This document shows positions 1-10,030 of a stretch of 25,735 bases of DNA, piece after piece (the first letter of the stretch is position 1; every line of letters begins with the position of its first letter). The position numbers and the translations under genes are program-made. Source of the stretch: Polaromonas sp. (GTDB lineage Bacteria; Pseudomonadota; Gammaproteobacteria; Burkholderiales; Burkholderiaceae_C); the NCBI GenBank assembly GCA_031415895.1, contig JANOSN010000552.1:1-25735 (forward strand), given 5' to 3'. The notes under the pieces are model-generated. The model was not told where the DNA came from. It searched no databases and saw only the letters and a list, made by a program, of their open reading frames with translations.

Positions 1-545
1 AGATTGCCGGTTGGTTCATCAGCCAACACCAATGCGGGCTGCATGATCAGCGCTCTTGCAATAGCTACACGTTGCTGTTGACCGCCAGACAGATCGTTGG
101 CCAAATGGTCTGCCCATTGGGTAAGCCCCACTTTGCCAATCAGGTCAGCTGCCCTTTCACGCATGGCATCATTGGGTTTACCTTGCGCCGCTAGCAGCGG
201 CAGCATCACGTTTTCTAAGGCAGTGAAAGCGGGCAATAAATTATGAAACTGAAATACAAACCCTATTGCTCGCGCTCGCAGTTGGGTCAAAGCTTTGTCA
301 TCTAACGCTTGTGTCTCTTGATCGGTTACAAATATTTTTCCGGCGCTGGGCTTATCAAGCAAACCAATGATGTTGAGCAAGGTACTTTTGCCCGAACCCG
401 ATGGACCTATCAGTGCTGCAAACTCGCTACGCTTTAAAATTAGATCGACACCATGCAACACCTCTGTTTCACCAGCTTTACCCATACTGTAGGACTTGCG
501 TATACCTTCCAGGCGCAGGGTAGCTGTATTATCAACATCAGCCAC
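1..545 (-). CDS. ABC transporter ATP-binding protein (LolD/MacB type), 3'-truncated by window edge
   Basis: Translated by hand (absent from ORF track). GTG start at 545 overlaps the permease stop. Reads [19 protein letters not shown]...; Walker [11 protein letters not shown]-loop GFVFQFHNL, signature [15 protein letters not shown], Walker B LADEPTGN. Confidence 0.93.
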   Translation of the reverse strand, partial: MADVDNTATLRLEGIRKSYSMGKAGETEVLHGVDLILKRSEFAALIGPSGSGKSTLLNIIGLLDKPSAGKIFVTDQETQALDDKALTQLRARAIGFVFQFHNLLPAFTALENVMLPLLAAQGKPNDAMRERAADLIGKVGLTQWADHLANDLSGGQQQRVAIARALIMQPALVLADEPTGN

Positions 546-1764
546 GTATAGCCACCGCAGGGTCTAGCTTGGCCGCGCGCTGGGCAGGAAACACGGCCGC
601 CAAAGTACCCACCAGCGTGGCGCCAGCGGCCACGTACAAAAATAGCACAGGCTCGGCATTGACCACAAATAACGGTTTGCCATCAGCGCCCATAGCGTAT
701 GTACGCCACGCCCATAAAAATATCCATCCCAAGAGCGATCCTGCAATAGAACCCAAAAGTCCGAGTAACGCACCCTGAACTAGGAATAGACGCAGTATTT
801 GTGCGCGCGTAGTGCCTGTGGCCCGTAGAATCCCGATCTCTTTGGATTTTTGCACTACAGACACTACCAACACACTGGCTATACCCAGTGCAGCGGTAAG
901 TCCTACAAAAAGTCGAATAATAAAGAACGACATATTTTGTCCAGACAATGCGCTGAAAAACTCAGCATTCGTCTCGATCCAGCTTTTAGCTGTAATGCCC
1001 AATTGCGCTTCGATAGATTTTGCCAAAGCTTCCGCTGCAAATGGTTGGCTAACTTTCAGATGTAAGCTGTCTGCGCCACCTGGTAAACCCAATAGGCTCT
1101 GCGCAGTGCGTAAAGCTACATATACGCTTCCTTCATTTCGACCCTCGCTGCCAAAGTCGAATATACCTAGCACCGTAAGCGATGCAGATGCGCCGGAGGG
1201 AGTTTGCAAAGTCAACTTATCGCCAGTCCATACGCCCAAGTCTTTGGCAAGTTTGGTACCTATCAAAATATCTGTGCTTGACAGCTCAGCACTTCCGGCT
1301 ACCATTTTTTTCTTTAACGCTATCAATTTTAGGTAGCTCTGTGGCTCTATGCCTATTAAACTAACGCCGCGATTTGCATCTGCACGCAACACAAAACCAG
1401 CACCCGCTATGATGGGCGTTACCACCAGCACGTTGGGCATACGGTTTAAAGCATCGCGTAGAGATTGCCATTGGTCTAGTGATTGTGCGCGCTTAGCGCG
1501 CGGCTGTACCAATGTAGCCAATCTATCTTGCTCTTGCGGGCGCAATTTGCGCGCCACCTCATCTGGCGGAGAAATCACAATCTGCGCTTGATAGTCCAGT
1601 AGAGTACTGAAAAAGTTGCTCTGCAATCCCGTCAATAAAGCTGACATAAACACAATTACTGACACGCCTAGGGCCACTCCAGCAATAATAAAAATGGTTT
1701 GCAGCAGTCCCTCACGCAAAAAGCGTGTTGCCAATATCCACTCAAAGGGCGCTAACGGGTTCAT
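538..1764 (-). CDS. ABC transporter permease, FtsX/MacB/LolE family
   Basis: 408 aa. N-terminal TM helix, periplasmic domain, then C-terminal TMs with the typical [14 protein letters not shown] and PA.RAAKLDP motifs. Confidence 0.92.
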   Translation of the reverse strand: MNPLAPFEWILATRFLREGLLQTIFIIAGVALGVSVIVFMSALLTGLQSNFFSTLLDYQAQIVISPPDEVARKLRPQEQDRLATLVQPRAKRAQSLDQWQSLRDALNRMPNVLVVTPIIAGAGFVLRADANRGVSLIGIEPQSYLKLIALKKKMVAGSAELSSTDILIGTKLAKDLGVWTGDKLTLQTPSGASASLTVLGIFDFGSEGRNEGSVYVALRTAQSLLGLPGGADSLHLKVSQPFAAEALAKSIEAQLGITAKSWIETNAEFFSALSGQNMSFFIIRLFVGLTAALGIASVLVVSVVQKSKEIGILRATGTTRAQILRLFLVQGALLGLLGSIAGSLLGWIFLWAWRTYAMGADGKPLFVVNAEPVLFLYVAAGATLVGTLAAVFPAQRAAKLDPAVAIRG

Positions 1765-3164
1765 GAAGGCGGCATTTTTCCAGGGGCTGGCGTGTCAGCA
1801 GTATCTGTGGAAAAGGGCGAAGACGAAGTGGCTTTTATAGCACGCACACGCTGCCCTGCCGTTACGGTAGTGCCGCTAGTTAAGATTACGTTGTCACCTG
1901 CAGCGATTCCACTAAGAATTTCTATAATGTCATCTCCCCGCAAACCCAACTTGACTATTTGTTTTTCTGTGCGCTTGCCTCGCACCACCAACACCCAAGG
2001 CGCATCACCTAGCGCATCGTTCACTGTTGCTGTCGGTATCACTAATACCGCCTTGCGCTGTGCAGTTTCTATATCCACTGATACTGTCATATCTTGGCGT
2101 AAATAGGCAGGTGGTTTTATCACACGAAGCTTGATTTCCACTGAGCCACGCGCAGCATCCACACCAGGGTTAATGTATATCACTTCGGCGTTAAAACGCT
2201 GGTCTGCAAAGGCGTCGGCAGATCCAATTGCTTTTTGTCCTATTGCCAGTTTACCTAGATTCTTTTCGTCAAGCTGCACCACTATTTGCGTTTCGCCGCT
2301 GGGGGCCAATACCATCAGCGCTTTACCAGGTTGCGTAATGTCACCCGGTTCTACGCTGCGTGCTATCAAAACACCATTTGCAGGGGCACGTATTACATCG
2401 TCTTCAAGCTTGACACGTGCTAGCCGTAATCCAGCGCGCGATTGCTGAGCTGCCGCGTTAGCTAGGGCCACGTCACTGCCACTGGATTGGTTGGTGTTGA
2501 CTTGTATATTGGCTGCACTAGCTTGGCTAGTGGCAATGTCTAAATTACGCTTTGCTTCGCCTAACTGGACCTGGCTAATAAAGCCTTGAGCTACCAGGCT
2601 ACTGGTGCGTTCGTATTGTTTACGTGTTTGCTCTACATTGACCTGCGATTGCCGCAAACTCTGCACTGCACCAGGCAACCCGACTTCACGCAACTGACGC
2701 AACCGAGCATCTGCCTGGGCTAAGGCGGCAAGCGCTGCGTCCACATTAGCGCGCGCGTCTTTGTCGTCAAGTTCAATGAGTACCTGACCTTTTTCAACAG
2801 TCTGCCCCTCTGCCACCGGAATTCCGACGACACGCGCCGACATCTGCGCCGCCACTGTTACGCGCTGAGGTGTTATGACGCGACCGCTAGCTACTACTGA
2901 CTGAACTAGACCGCCCGTTATCGCTGCCACCATGCTGACAGGTTGCCCAAGTATTTTGTTACGCAAAGCGTAAACTAAAATGCACGCCAGCAGAAGTATG
3001 CCGAGTCCTATTTTCAACCAAGGTAAAGATGTAATTTTTTTATCAATTTTTAGCGGCGGTGGTTTGCCTGATTTCAAGTCTTTACTGACATCTGCAATGC
3101 GTGAATCGTCCACCGCAGTGTCTGCTGTTTTCGGTTGAACAGGCAAGGCGATGGCTTCGGACAT
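1761..3164 (-). CDS. Efflux periplasmic adaptor (HlyD/MacA family)
   Basis: 467 aa. N-terminal TM, lipoyl-like VAEGQTVEKGQVLIELD, coiled-coil hairpin, IRAPANG...GD half-motif and beta-barrel. 4-nt overlap with the permease. Confidence 0.92.
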   Translation of the reverse strand: MSEAIALPVQPKTADTAVDDSRIADVSKDLKSGKPPPLKIDKKITSLPWLKIGLGILLLACILVYALRNKILGQPVSMVAAITGGLVQSVVASGRVITPQRVTVAAQMSARVVGIPVAEGQTVEKGQVLIELDDKDARANVDAALAALAQADARLRQLREVGLPGAVQSLRQSQVNVEQTRKQYERTSSLVAQGFISQVQLGEAKRNLDIATSQASAANIQVNTNQSSGSDVALANAAAQQSRAGLRLARVKLEDDVIRAPANGVLIARSVEPGDITQPGKALMVLAPSGETQIVVQLDEKNLGKLAIGQKAIGSADAFADQRFNAEVIYINPGVDAARGSVEIKLRVIKPPAYLRQDMTVSVDIETAQRKAVLVIPTATVNDALGDAPWVLVVRGKRTEKQIVKLGLRGDDIIEILSGIAAGDNVILTSGTTVTAGQRVRAIKATSSSPFSTDTADTPAPGKMPPS

Positions 3165-3194
3165 GTAGGTACTAGACTCAGGTTAACTCTGATA

Positions 3195-3237
3195 AATATA
3201 GAAGTTTCAGCTCTGATTGTCTGTGCGCTAGCGCACT
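3195..3237 (-). promoter_or_regulatory. Palindromic site 1 (core 3222-3237; minus strand AGTGCG-CTAG-CGCACA) plus -10-like TATATT (3200-3195), facing the HlyD/ABC operon
   Basis: On the minus strand the core is followed by GACA, then TATATT 21 nt after the core. Start codon at 3164. Confidence 0.75.
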
Positions 3238-3436
3238 TTATGAAAAAAACGTGTTTTATATATTTTCCAATACAAAATACAACGATAGTCCATGTATTCA
3301 TTAACTATTTAGCTATTAATATTATAGCAATTAAGATTTCATAATAGAGCACACAGCTCTACTGATTGCCTACATAAGCGCATCCAGCTTCGTCATGCCA
3401 GTGCCTTATGGTTCTACAAAGTTTTGCTCGTCGCTA

Positions 3437-3479
3437 TGTGCGGCAACGCACAGAAATTAGTCCGTCAACGGTGCACAGT
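3437..3479 (+). promoter_or_regulatory. Palindromic site 2 (TGTGCG-GCAA-CGCACA, 3437-3452) plus -10-like CACAGT (3474-3479), upstream of the BON gene
   Basis: Perfect 6-bp arms; hexamer 21 nt after the core; ATG at 3511. Confidence 0.75.
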
Positions 3480-3510
3480 TCAGTTCCCTCAATCCAACTG
3501 AAAGAAACCT

Positions 3511-4164
3511 ATGAAAACTGATTCGCAACTTCAAAAAGATGTAATGGCTGAACTGAAATGGGAGCCTGCAGTGCATGCCGAACAAATTGGCGTAGAAGTC
3601 AAAGATGGCATTGTGACGCTAGCTGGTCACGTAGACAGCTTCCCTGCAAAATGGAACGCAGAGCGTGCTGCACTGCGCGTTGCAGGTGTCAAAGCTCTAG
3701 CGGTAGAAATTGATGTGAAACTAGCAGGTTCAAACCAACGTACTGATGCAGACGTGGCACGTACCGTTGAGAATGTACTACTGTGGACGACATATCTGCC
3801 AAAAGATTCTGTCAAAGTGATGGTTGAAGGCGGCTGGGTCACACTGTCAGGAGAAGTGCAATGGGCGTTTCAACGTGCAACGGCTGCAACAGCGGTGCGT
3901 TACCTGAGTGGCGTTAAGGGTGTGAACGACCAGATCACCATCAAACCAGGCGTTACAGCCAGCGTTGTTAAAAACGATATTGAAGCGGCCTTAAAACGAC
4001 GCGCTACCAGCGAGGCAAACGGCATCAAAGTAGCTGTCAGTGGCTCTCAAGTAACGCTTTCAGGAAAGGTTCCAACCTGGGCTGAACGCGATGCCGCTGG
4101 AAGCGCTGCATGGGCCTCGCCAGGGGTTAGTAATGTGGTCGACAACATCGCTATTTCATACTAA
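3511..4164 (+). CDS. BON domain-containing protein (OsmY-like, three BON domains, no signal peptide)
   Basis: 217 aa. Repeated BON units (D..I...V...L......I.V.V.DG.VTL.G.V) and AWASPGVSNVVDNI at the C-terminus. Confidence 0.92.
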   Translation: MKTDSQLQKDVMAELKWEPAVHAEQIGVEVKDGIVTLAGHVDSFPAKWNAERAALRVAGVKALAVEIDVKLAGSNQRTDADVARTVENVLLWTTYLPKDSVKVMVEGGWVTLSGEVQWAFQRATAATAVRYLSGVKGVNDQITIKPGVTASVVKNDIEAALKRRATSEANGIKVAVSGSQVTLSGKVPTWAERDAAGSAAWASPGVSNVVDNIAISY

Positions 4165-4436
4165 ACCTGTTTTAGTTTAGGTCAATAACTATGCATGCCA
4201 AGCGTGCCAATACGGTCATGCTTGGTTTTTCCTCAGCAGTTGTAATTGAAACTCAATTTTTAGGACACACCATGGACAATAACAATTTGTCAGATTATCT
4301 TTTTAAAACGCACAATGAAGCTGAAAACGCCGTAGTTTTTTACATAAAACAAGGTTCACAGAAAAGGCATGAAGCTAGCTGATACGGCTTAAATTTAACC
4401 AATGTATGCGCCTTTCATACACGCCAATTGCAATAA

Positions 4437-5843
4437 ATGCTAATCAACACTATTATTAATTTAACGATAGCGCTGGCTATGTGCGGCTGGTTGTATGGTC
4501 TGCAACGGCGTCATGCATCGTTTAGCGTACAAGTATTTGCCGGCTTGGGTCTAGGTATTGCTCTGGGTGCGGCAATGCATTGGGCCTACGGTGTCGATTC
4601 ACAAATTATTTCTAGCACCAATGCGTATTTAGATATCGTGGCTACGGGCTATGTAAAGCTTTTGCAGATGATCGTCATGCCACTGATCATGGTGTCTATC
4701 GTGGCTGCAATCGTTCAAATGAAAGATACAGCCTCAATAGGGAAAATTAGTGTGCTGATCATCGGCATGTTGATGTTGACTACCATGGTAGCCGCTGGTA
4801 TAGGTATTTTGATGGCTAAGTTATATGGCCTGACTGCTGTTGGCTTAACGGCCAGCGCTGCCGACGTGGCACATGGCGCGGTGTTGCAAGGCTCACAAGC
4901 GGCCACTAAGGCAATAACTTTACCCAGTCTGATTTTAAGCTTCATTCCATCTAATCCTTTTTTAGATATGACAGGTGCGCGAAAGACATCTGCTATTGCA
5001 GTTGTTATTTTTTCAGTCTTTATTGGCCTTGCGGCCACTGGCATTGCCCTGAACAAACCAGTATTGTTTGCATGGTTTGAAAATTTCGTCGCCGTTGCAC
5101 AAGCCATCATCATGCGAATAGTAAAAATGGTTTTGCGCCTTACCCCATATGGCGTGTTTGCACTGATGGCACAAGTAGTAGCTGATACAAGCTACAACGA
5201 CATTTTGAAGCTTATAAGTTTTGTGGCGGCGTCCTATAGCGCCTTGCTTTTGATGTTCGCAATTCACCTAGTAATGATTGCTGCGGTAGGCTTAAATCCT
5301 ATTCAATATGTTAAGAAAATTCTTCCTGTGCTGGTTTTTGCGTTCACTTCGCGCTCGAGTGCGGGTGCAATCCCGATGAATATTCAAACTCAAACCCAAA
5401 CACTTGGTACGCCTGCTGGTATTGCTAATTTTTCTGCGTCGTTTGGCGCAAGTATGGGACAGAATGGGTGCGCAGGAATTTACCCGGCCATGTTAGCGGT
5501 AATGATTGCGCCTACAGTTGGCGTTGATCCATTTACCTTCAGCTTCATTGCCACATTGATTGTGATCGTGACAGTGGGTTCCATCGGCGTTGCTGGTGTA
5601 GGCGGTGGTGCCACCTTTGCAGCGTTGATCGTGCTGTCTGCTATGAACCTACCGGTCGCTCTGGCTGGCTTATTGATATCTATTGAGCCTTTGATCGATA
5701 TGGGCCGTACCGCATTGAACGTCAGTGGTGCTACTACAGTTGGTACCGTGACCAGCCGTATTTTGGGTCAAACCGATATGACAATTTTTAAAAGCGATGC
5801 CCGTCTTGATCTGGATGCCACCGATGCGATCCATCCAGCTTGA
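4437..5843 (+). CDS. tcyP: L-cystine transporter, dicarboxylate/amino acid:cation symporter family
   Basis: 468 aa. AFTSRSSAGAIP motif and the TcyP-type GQNGCAGIYPAML and ISIEPLIDMGRTALNV motifs. Confidence 0.88.
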   Translation: MLINTIINLTIALAMCGWLYGLQRRHASFSVQVFAGLGLGIALGAAMHWAYGVDSQIISSTNAYLDIVATGYVKLLQMIVMPLIMVSIVAAIVQMKDTASIGKISVLIIGMLMLTTMVAAGIGILMAKLYGLTAVGLTASAADVAHGAVLQGSQAATKAITLPSLILSFIPSNPFLDMTGARKTSAIAVVIFSVFIGLAATGIALNKPVLFAWFENFVAVAQAIIMRIVKMVLRLTPYGVFALMAQVVADTSYNDILKLISFVAASYSALLLMFAIHLVMIAAVGLNPIQYVKKILPVLVFAFTSRSSAGAIPMNIQTQTQTLGTPAGIANFSASFGASMGQNGCAGIYPAMLAVMIAPTVGVDPFTFSFIATLIVIVTVGSIGVAGVGGGATFAALIVLSAMNLPVALAGLLISIEPLIDMGRTALNVSGATTVGTVTSRILGQTDMTIFKSDARLDLDATDAIHPA

Positions 5844-5891
5844 AGTCATTAGCACAACTGGCCTCACAGTTGAGTAACGAACGACACCACT

Positions 5892-6113
5892 ATGACCCAG
5901 ACCATGCACAGCGCCAGAATCACAGGATTGATTTCGTACTCAAAGGGTGGCGGGAAAACTGGCACTATTCCAATAGGCCCTTGCCTAATTGAACAATTAG
6001 ATGATCGTTTTTTTGATGTTGTCTGGGGCGCACGTGGGCAAAGCTGCGCTGCGCTTCGGGCTGAAGACGTCAAAGTTGCGGTGGACTTGGGCAATTTGAT
6101 ATTCTTGGATTAA
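5892..6113 (+). CDS. Small hypothetical protein (start 5892 or 5904)
   Basis: 73-aa ORF that fills the tcyP-OYE gap on the same strand with protein-like composition. No function recognised. Confidence 0.55.
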   Translation: MTQTMHSARITGLISYSKGGGKTGTIPIGPCLIEQLDDRFFDVVWGARGQSCAALRAEDVKVAVDLGNLIFLD

Positions 6114-6175
6114 CTTTGAGGTAACTTCTTTCAACTTTGTTTTCATTACGCACCTTGACCAACCATACCGCTACT

Positions 6176-7300
6176 ATGTCTACATCCTTTGACACCATAC
6201 TTTTCTCTCCCTTAACAACCGGTGATTTGCAGCTTGCCAACCGGATCGTCATGGCACCACTCACACGCAACCGTGCGCCTGATGCCATACCTACTCCGCT
6301 CATGGCCGAGTACTACTCCCAACGCGCCAGTGCTGGTTTGCTGGTCACCGAGGCTACTGCCGTAACCCAGCAGGGCCAAGGCTATTCAGACGTGCCGGGC
6401 CTCTATGGCACTGAGCAATTGGATGGCTGGAAACATGTGGTCGATTCAGTTCATGCGGCCGACGGGAAGATCGTAGTGCAACTCTGGCATGTGGGGCGCG
6501 TGTCACATACTGAGTTGCAGCCTGGGGGCGCAAGACCGGTGGCACCTTCAGCGATCACTGCAAAGACTAAAACAGTGCTGATCAAGGACGGTGTGCCTAC
6601 ATTTGTACCCACATCTGCACCCCGAGCTTTGCTTGAGGAAGAACTGCCCGACATCGTCCACACCTTCCAGGCTGCAGCGCGCAACGCGGTGGAAACTGTA
6701 GGATTTGACGGGGTTGAAATCCACGGCGCCAATGGCTATCTGTTAGATCAGTTTCTCAAAGACGGCTCTAACCATCGCACCGATGATTATGGTGGCAACA
6801 TCGAAAATCGCGCTCGCCTTCTGCTGGAAGTGGTGCGCGCTGTCACCAGCGCGGTGGGCGGCGGACGAACTGGCATCCGGTTGTCGCCGGTCACTACGGC
6901 TAACGATGCATATGACAGCACACCACAACCGCTTTTCGAATATGTCTTGGCACAATTGGCCTCTCTGCATCTAGCTTACGTTCACATCATTGAGGGCGCC
7001 ACTGGAGGTCCGCGTGTGCTGCCTGATCGCCCATTTGATTACATTGCCCTCAAGGCGGCCTATACACGCGCAGGTGGTAAAGGTGCGTGGATGGTCAACA
7101 ACGGGCTTGACAAAGCGCTGGCCATAGAGGCCCTGAACAACGGTGCAGACCTAGTGGCTTTTGGTCGCCCCTACATTGCCAACCCCGACCTGGTGGCACG
7201 CCTGCGCCAAAGCGGCCCGTACAACGAAGGTGATCGCAGCACTTATTACGGTGGTGGTGCATTGGGCTATACAGATTACAAGACGTTAGTGAAACAATAG
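6176..7300 (+). CDS. nemA: Alkene reductase / N-ethylmaleimide reductase (old yellow enzyme family)
   Basis: NRIVMAPLTRNRA, QLWHVGRVSH, HGANGYLLDQFL, RTDDYGG..ENRARL and FGRPYIANPDLV motifs. ATG 6176 preferred over 6137. Confidence 0.9.
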   Translation: MSTSFDTILFSPLTTGDLQLANRIVMAPLTRNRAPDAIPTPLMAEYYSQRASAGLLVTEATAVTQQGQGYSDVPGLYGTEQLDGWKHVVDSVHAADGKIVVQLWHVGRVSHTELQPGGARPVAPSAITAKTKTVLIKDGVPTFVPTSAPRALLEEELPDIVHTFQAAARNAVETVGFDGVEIHGANGYLLDQFLKDGSNHRTDDYGGNIENRARLLLEVVRAVTSAVGGGRTGIRLSPVTTANDAYDSTPQPLFEYVLAQLASLHLAYVHIIEGATGGPRVLPDRPFDYIALKAAYTRAGGKGAWMVNNGLDKALAIEALNNGADLVAFGRPYIANPDLVARLRQSGPYNEGDRSTYYGGGALGYTDYKTLVKQ

Positions 7301-7669
7301 CTCTTCAGACCAACTTCATCAAGGTTAGAGCGAATGTGTACTAACACATAGGCTGCACGGCAATTGTTTAACTACTGTTGCTCGTACAGGGCCAGTCTTT
7401 AACGATGGGGGCAGTAGGCCCCAAGACCAGCATGACTGGGGTATAGCTTTCGCAGTTCATTTGATTGTTAGCAACCTGGTATTTGGTTTAACCATTTAAA
7501 CCTACCTGATGGGCAATGTGTCCGCTACCGGTGCGTTTGCCCAAGCAGGTCTGTCGCTGTCCTCGCGCTGGCAATTGTGGTTTTCACTGCCGAACCGCTT
7601 GTTAGACGGCTGGCGCTGCCCTACTTAAAACTGTGGGGCTTGCGCGAGTTATACAAAGAATCCTCGTTT

Positions 7670-7712
7670 TGTGCGCTGCCGCACGGACGGCCTAAATCAA
7701 AGGGTGAATGAT
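7670..7712 (+). promoter_or_regulatory. Palindromic site 3 (TGTGCG-CTGC-CGCACG, 7670-7685) plus -10-like AATGAT (7707-7712), upstream of the 7857-12937 operon
   Basis: Core followed by GAC; hexamer 21 nt after the core. The leader to ATG 7857 is longer (about 140 nt) than at the other sites. Confidence 0.62.
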
Positions 7713-7856
7713 GAAGGCTGATATCGAACTGCAATCTTTGTTCGCCATCAATTAGGGGCCAGACCAGTTTGCACAAATAGACGTGGCGGCGCAGGTGGTT
7801 CTTAAATTTGCTGTTGTTTGGGTAGTCTTACAACTTGATAAAAGGAGAATCTGGAA

Positions 7857-9152
7857 ATGAATGATACTCAACTTGTATTGGCTGTTGCCAGCACTTTGAA
7901 GCGGGGCTTTTGGATTGCGGCATTCTTTATGTTGTCCATGTTACTGCCAGTGCACGCGCAGGAGCCTGTTGTCAAGCCGGTGCCCACAGAGGATACGCGT
8001 GAGGGCAGTACATTACCTGCAAGCCGTAATATCTACAGCGTTAGTGGCAATGTACGCTCAACAGGACCAGTCAATGGCGATCTCTATGCTGCTGGTGGCC
8101 GCGTCATAGTCGAGCACCCGGTAGCGGGCGACGCAACTTTGGCTGGCGGCTCTGTGATCGTGCGTGCTGCTGTAGGCGACGACTTGCGTGCAGCTGGTGG
8201 AGATATCAACATCGACAGCACAGTAGGTGGTGAGCTTTACGCATCGGGTGGCAACATCATACTGAGCAAAACCGCTGTGGTTACGGGTGCCGTCACGATG
8301 TATGCGGGCAACGTCACCATCGAAGGCAAAGTTAACGGGCCACTCAAGGTCTATGCCAAAAAAATTGCTCTTAACGGTGAAATTACCCGCGATGTAGAGC
8401 TCAATGCCGAACAAATTGAGCTCGGTCCGCAGGCGAAGCTGGGTGGAGCATTGCGCTATTCAAGCAATGCGCAGTTTAAAACAGCACAGGGTGTGATTAT
8501 TGGTGGTGCCGTTACTCGCGCTGACGCCATGAATGGCCGACCCGACACCCACCATGATCGGGAATGGCATGGGCAAATGATGGGTAGTGGTTCAGGCTGG
8601 GCCGGCACGATTGCCGGCACTGTAGCAAGCTTTGTTGCGCTGCTGGCTGCATCGGCGTTGTTTTTGCTTGTGTTCACCGGATTCTCGCAGCGCACCGCAA
8701 CCAGGATGCTAGCTAAGCCGTGGTCTGCGCTTGCTGCAGGCGTGGTGGTTCTGTTGGGCGCCCCCATACTAGCTATGCTGCTGCTCATCACGTTGATCGG
8801 CATTCCGTTAGGTATGGTGCTGATGATGCTGTTCCCCCTGATACTGTTGATGGGCTGGGTAGTAGGTGTTTTCGGAGTTGCCCAGCGTGTGCAGAGAGTC
8901 ATTCAAAAAGAGGTGTCTAGCGGATTGAGTGCCGCCACGATCGGTTTCTTTGCACTCACGTTGCTGTTGGTATTGCTGCTTGGCAGCTTGCCGTTTATTG
9001 GGTTTTTAATCCTTGTCGCGATCTTGCTGTTGGGCACAGGTGCCTGCGCGCTTGAGCTGTACTGCCAGGTTCGGCCTAGTCACAACTCAACCGCGCCTAG
9101 TGCACCGGGTTCTGGATCCTTACCTCACACCACTGTAGTGGACGCATCATGA
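7857..9152 (+). CDS. Membrane protein with N-terminal beta-helix (bactofilin/polymer-forming cytoskeletal-like) repeats and a C-terminal multi-TM domain
   Basis: RBS AAGGAG at about 7842. Signal-like segment ending VHA-QE, about 17-aa repeats (GDLYAAGGRVIVEHPVA / GDATLAGGSVIVRAAVG / DDLRAAGGDINIDSTVG), then about 5 hydrophobic helices. Confidence 0.8.
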   Translation: MNDTQLVLAVASTLKRGFWIAAFFMLSMLLPVHAQEPVVKPVPTEDTREGSTLPASRNIYSVSGNVRSTGPVNGDLYAAGGRVIVEHPVAGDATLAGGSVIVRAAVGDDLRAAGGDINIDSTVGGELYASGGNIILSKTAVVTGAVTMYAGNVTIEGKVNGPLKVYAKKIALNGEITRDVELNAEQIELGPQAKLGGALRYSSNAQFKTAQGVIIGGAVTRADAMNGRPDTHHDREWHGQMMGSGSGWAGTIAGTVASFVALLAASALFLLVFTGFSQRTATRMLAKPWSALAAGVVVLLGAPILAMLLLITLIGIPLGMVLMMLFPLILLMGWVVGVFGVAQRVQRVIQKEVSSGLSAATIGFFALTLLLVLLLGSLPFIGFLILVAILLLGTGACALELYCQVRPSHNSTAPSAPGSGSLPHTTVVDAS

Positions 9153-10027
9153 CTTGGCTTAAATGGTCAGGTGTTGCAATCGCCTTGCTTTTGGTCGTCG
9201 CAATAGCTGCCGTGGCTTACGGCTCATGGCACTGGGAGCGCGACACACAGGCCATCTTGGCGCGACTGGAGGCGGCTCGTGTCACCAGCGCAACTTCAAC
9301 CTTGCCTGCACACTACGATGCACGCGAAATCGAAGGCCTACCGGCACCTGTGCAGCGCTACTTTCGCGCAGTGTTGAAGGAAGGCCAACCCATCATTGTC
9401 GCAGCGTCAATCGAACAAGTTGGAACATTCAATATGAGCGAAACAGCCCAACAGTGGAAACCATTCACCGCCAAGCAGCGGGTGATCACACAGCGACCTG
9501 GCTTTGACTGGGATGCGCGCATTATGATGTTTCCAGGTGTGGCTGCGCATATTCATGATGCCTACATTGCTGGCCAAGGAATGCTGCATGGTGCAGTATT
9601 TGGTTTGATCCCTGTGGTCAACATGCCCGACAGCCCTGAGCTACAGCAAGGTGAATTCATGCGCTACTTTATGGAGGCGCTGTGGTACCCCACTGCACTG
9701 CTTCCCAGCCAGGGCGTGCGATGGGAGGCTGTGGATGACCGGTCAGCCCGCGCCAGTTTTACAGATGGTGCGATCACACTGACATTGACTTTCCATTTTC
9801 AAGGAGATGGGTTGATTGGGTTTGCACGGGCCGAATCGCGTGACCGCATGGTGAACGGTGTGCCAAGCGGTGTACCGTGGCAAGGACGGTTTTGGAATTA
9901 CGCGATGCGTGAAGGCATACAGGTGCCGCTGGAGGGCGAGGTAGCGTGGGTAATGCCCGACGGCATCAAGCCCTACTACCGGGGCAAGGTCACATCGCTC
10001 TCATTTGAATATGTAACCCTCCTATAA
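9149..10027 (+). CDS. Conserved hypothetical protein, DUF6544/DUF6920-like, N-terminal membrane anchor
   Basis: 292 aa, ATGA-coupled to the upstream gene. LPAPVQRYFR, RPGFDWDARI, E..RY..EA.WYPTALLP and VPLEGEVAW motifs. Family assignment from memory. Confidence 0.75.
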   Translation: MTWLKWSGVAIALLLVVAIAAVAYGSWHWERDTQAILARLEAARVTSATSTLPAHYDAREIEGLPAPVQRYFRAVLKEGQPIIVAASIEQVGTFNMSETAQQWKPFTAKQRVITQRPGFDWDARIMMFPGVAAHIHDAYIAGQGMLHGAVFGLIPVVNMPDSPELQQGEFMRYFMEALWYPTALLPSQGVRWEAVDDRSARASFTDGAITLTLTFHFQGDGLIGFARAESRDRMVNGVPSGVPWQGRFWNYAMREGIQVPLEGEVAWVMPDGIKPYYRGKVTSLSFEYVTLL

Positions 10028-10030
10028 ACC

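Noticed and set aside
4161-4180. CTAAAC-N8-GTTTAG hairpin after the BON gene as a terminator
   Set aside because: Weak AT-rich stem with no U-tract; not supportable.
4191-4382. 63-aa ORF between the BON gene and tcyP
   Set aside because: AT-rich, no RBS, no recognisable motif; cannot be supported as coding.
7601-7607. GTTAGAC as an integron attC core; integron explanation for the single-gene insertions
   Set aside because: No matching inverse core or attC hairpin, no repeats between genes and no integrase.
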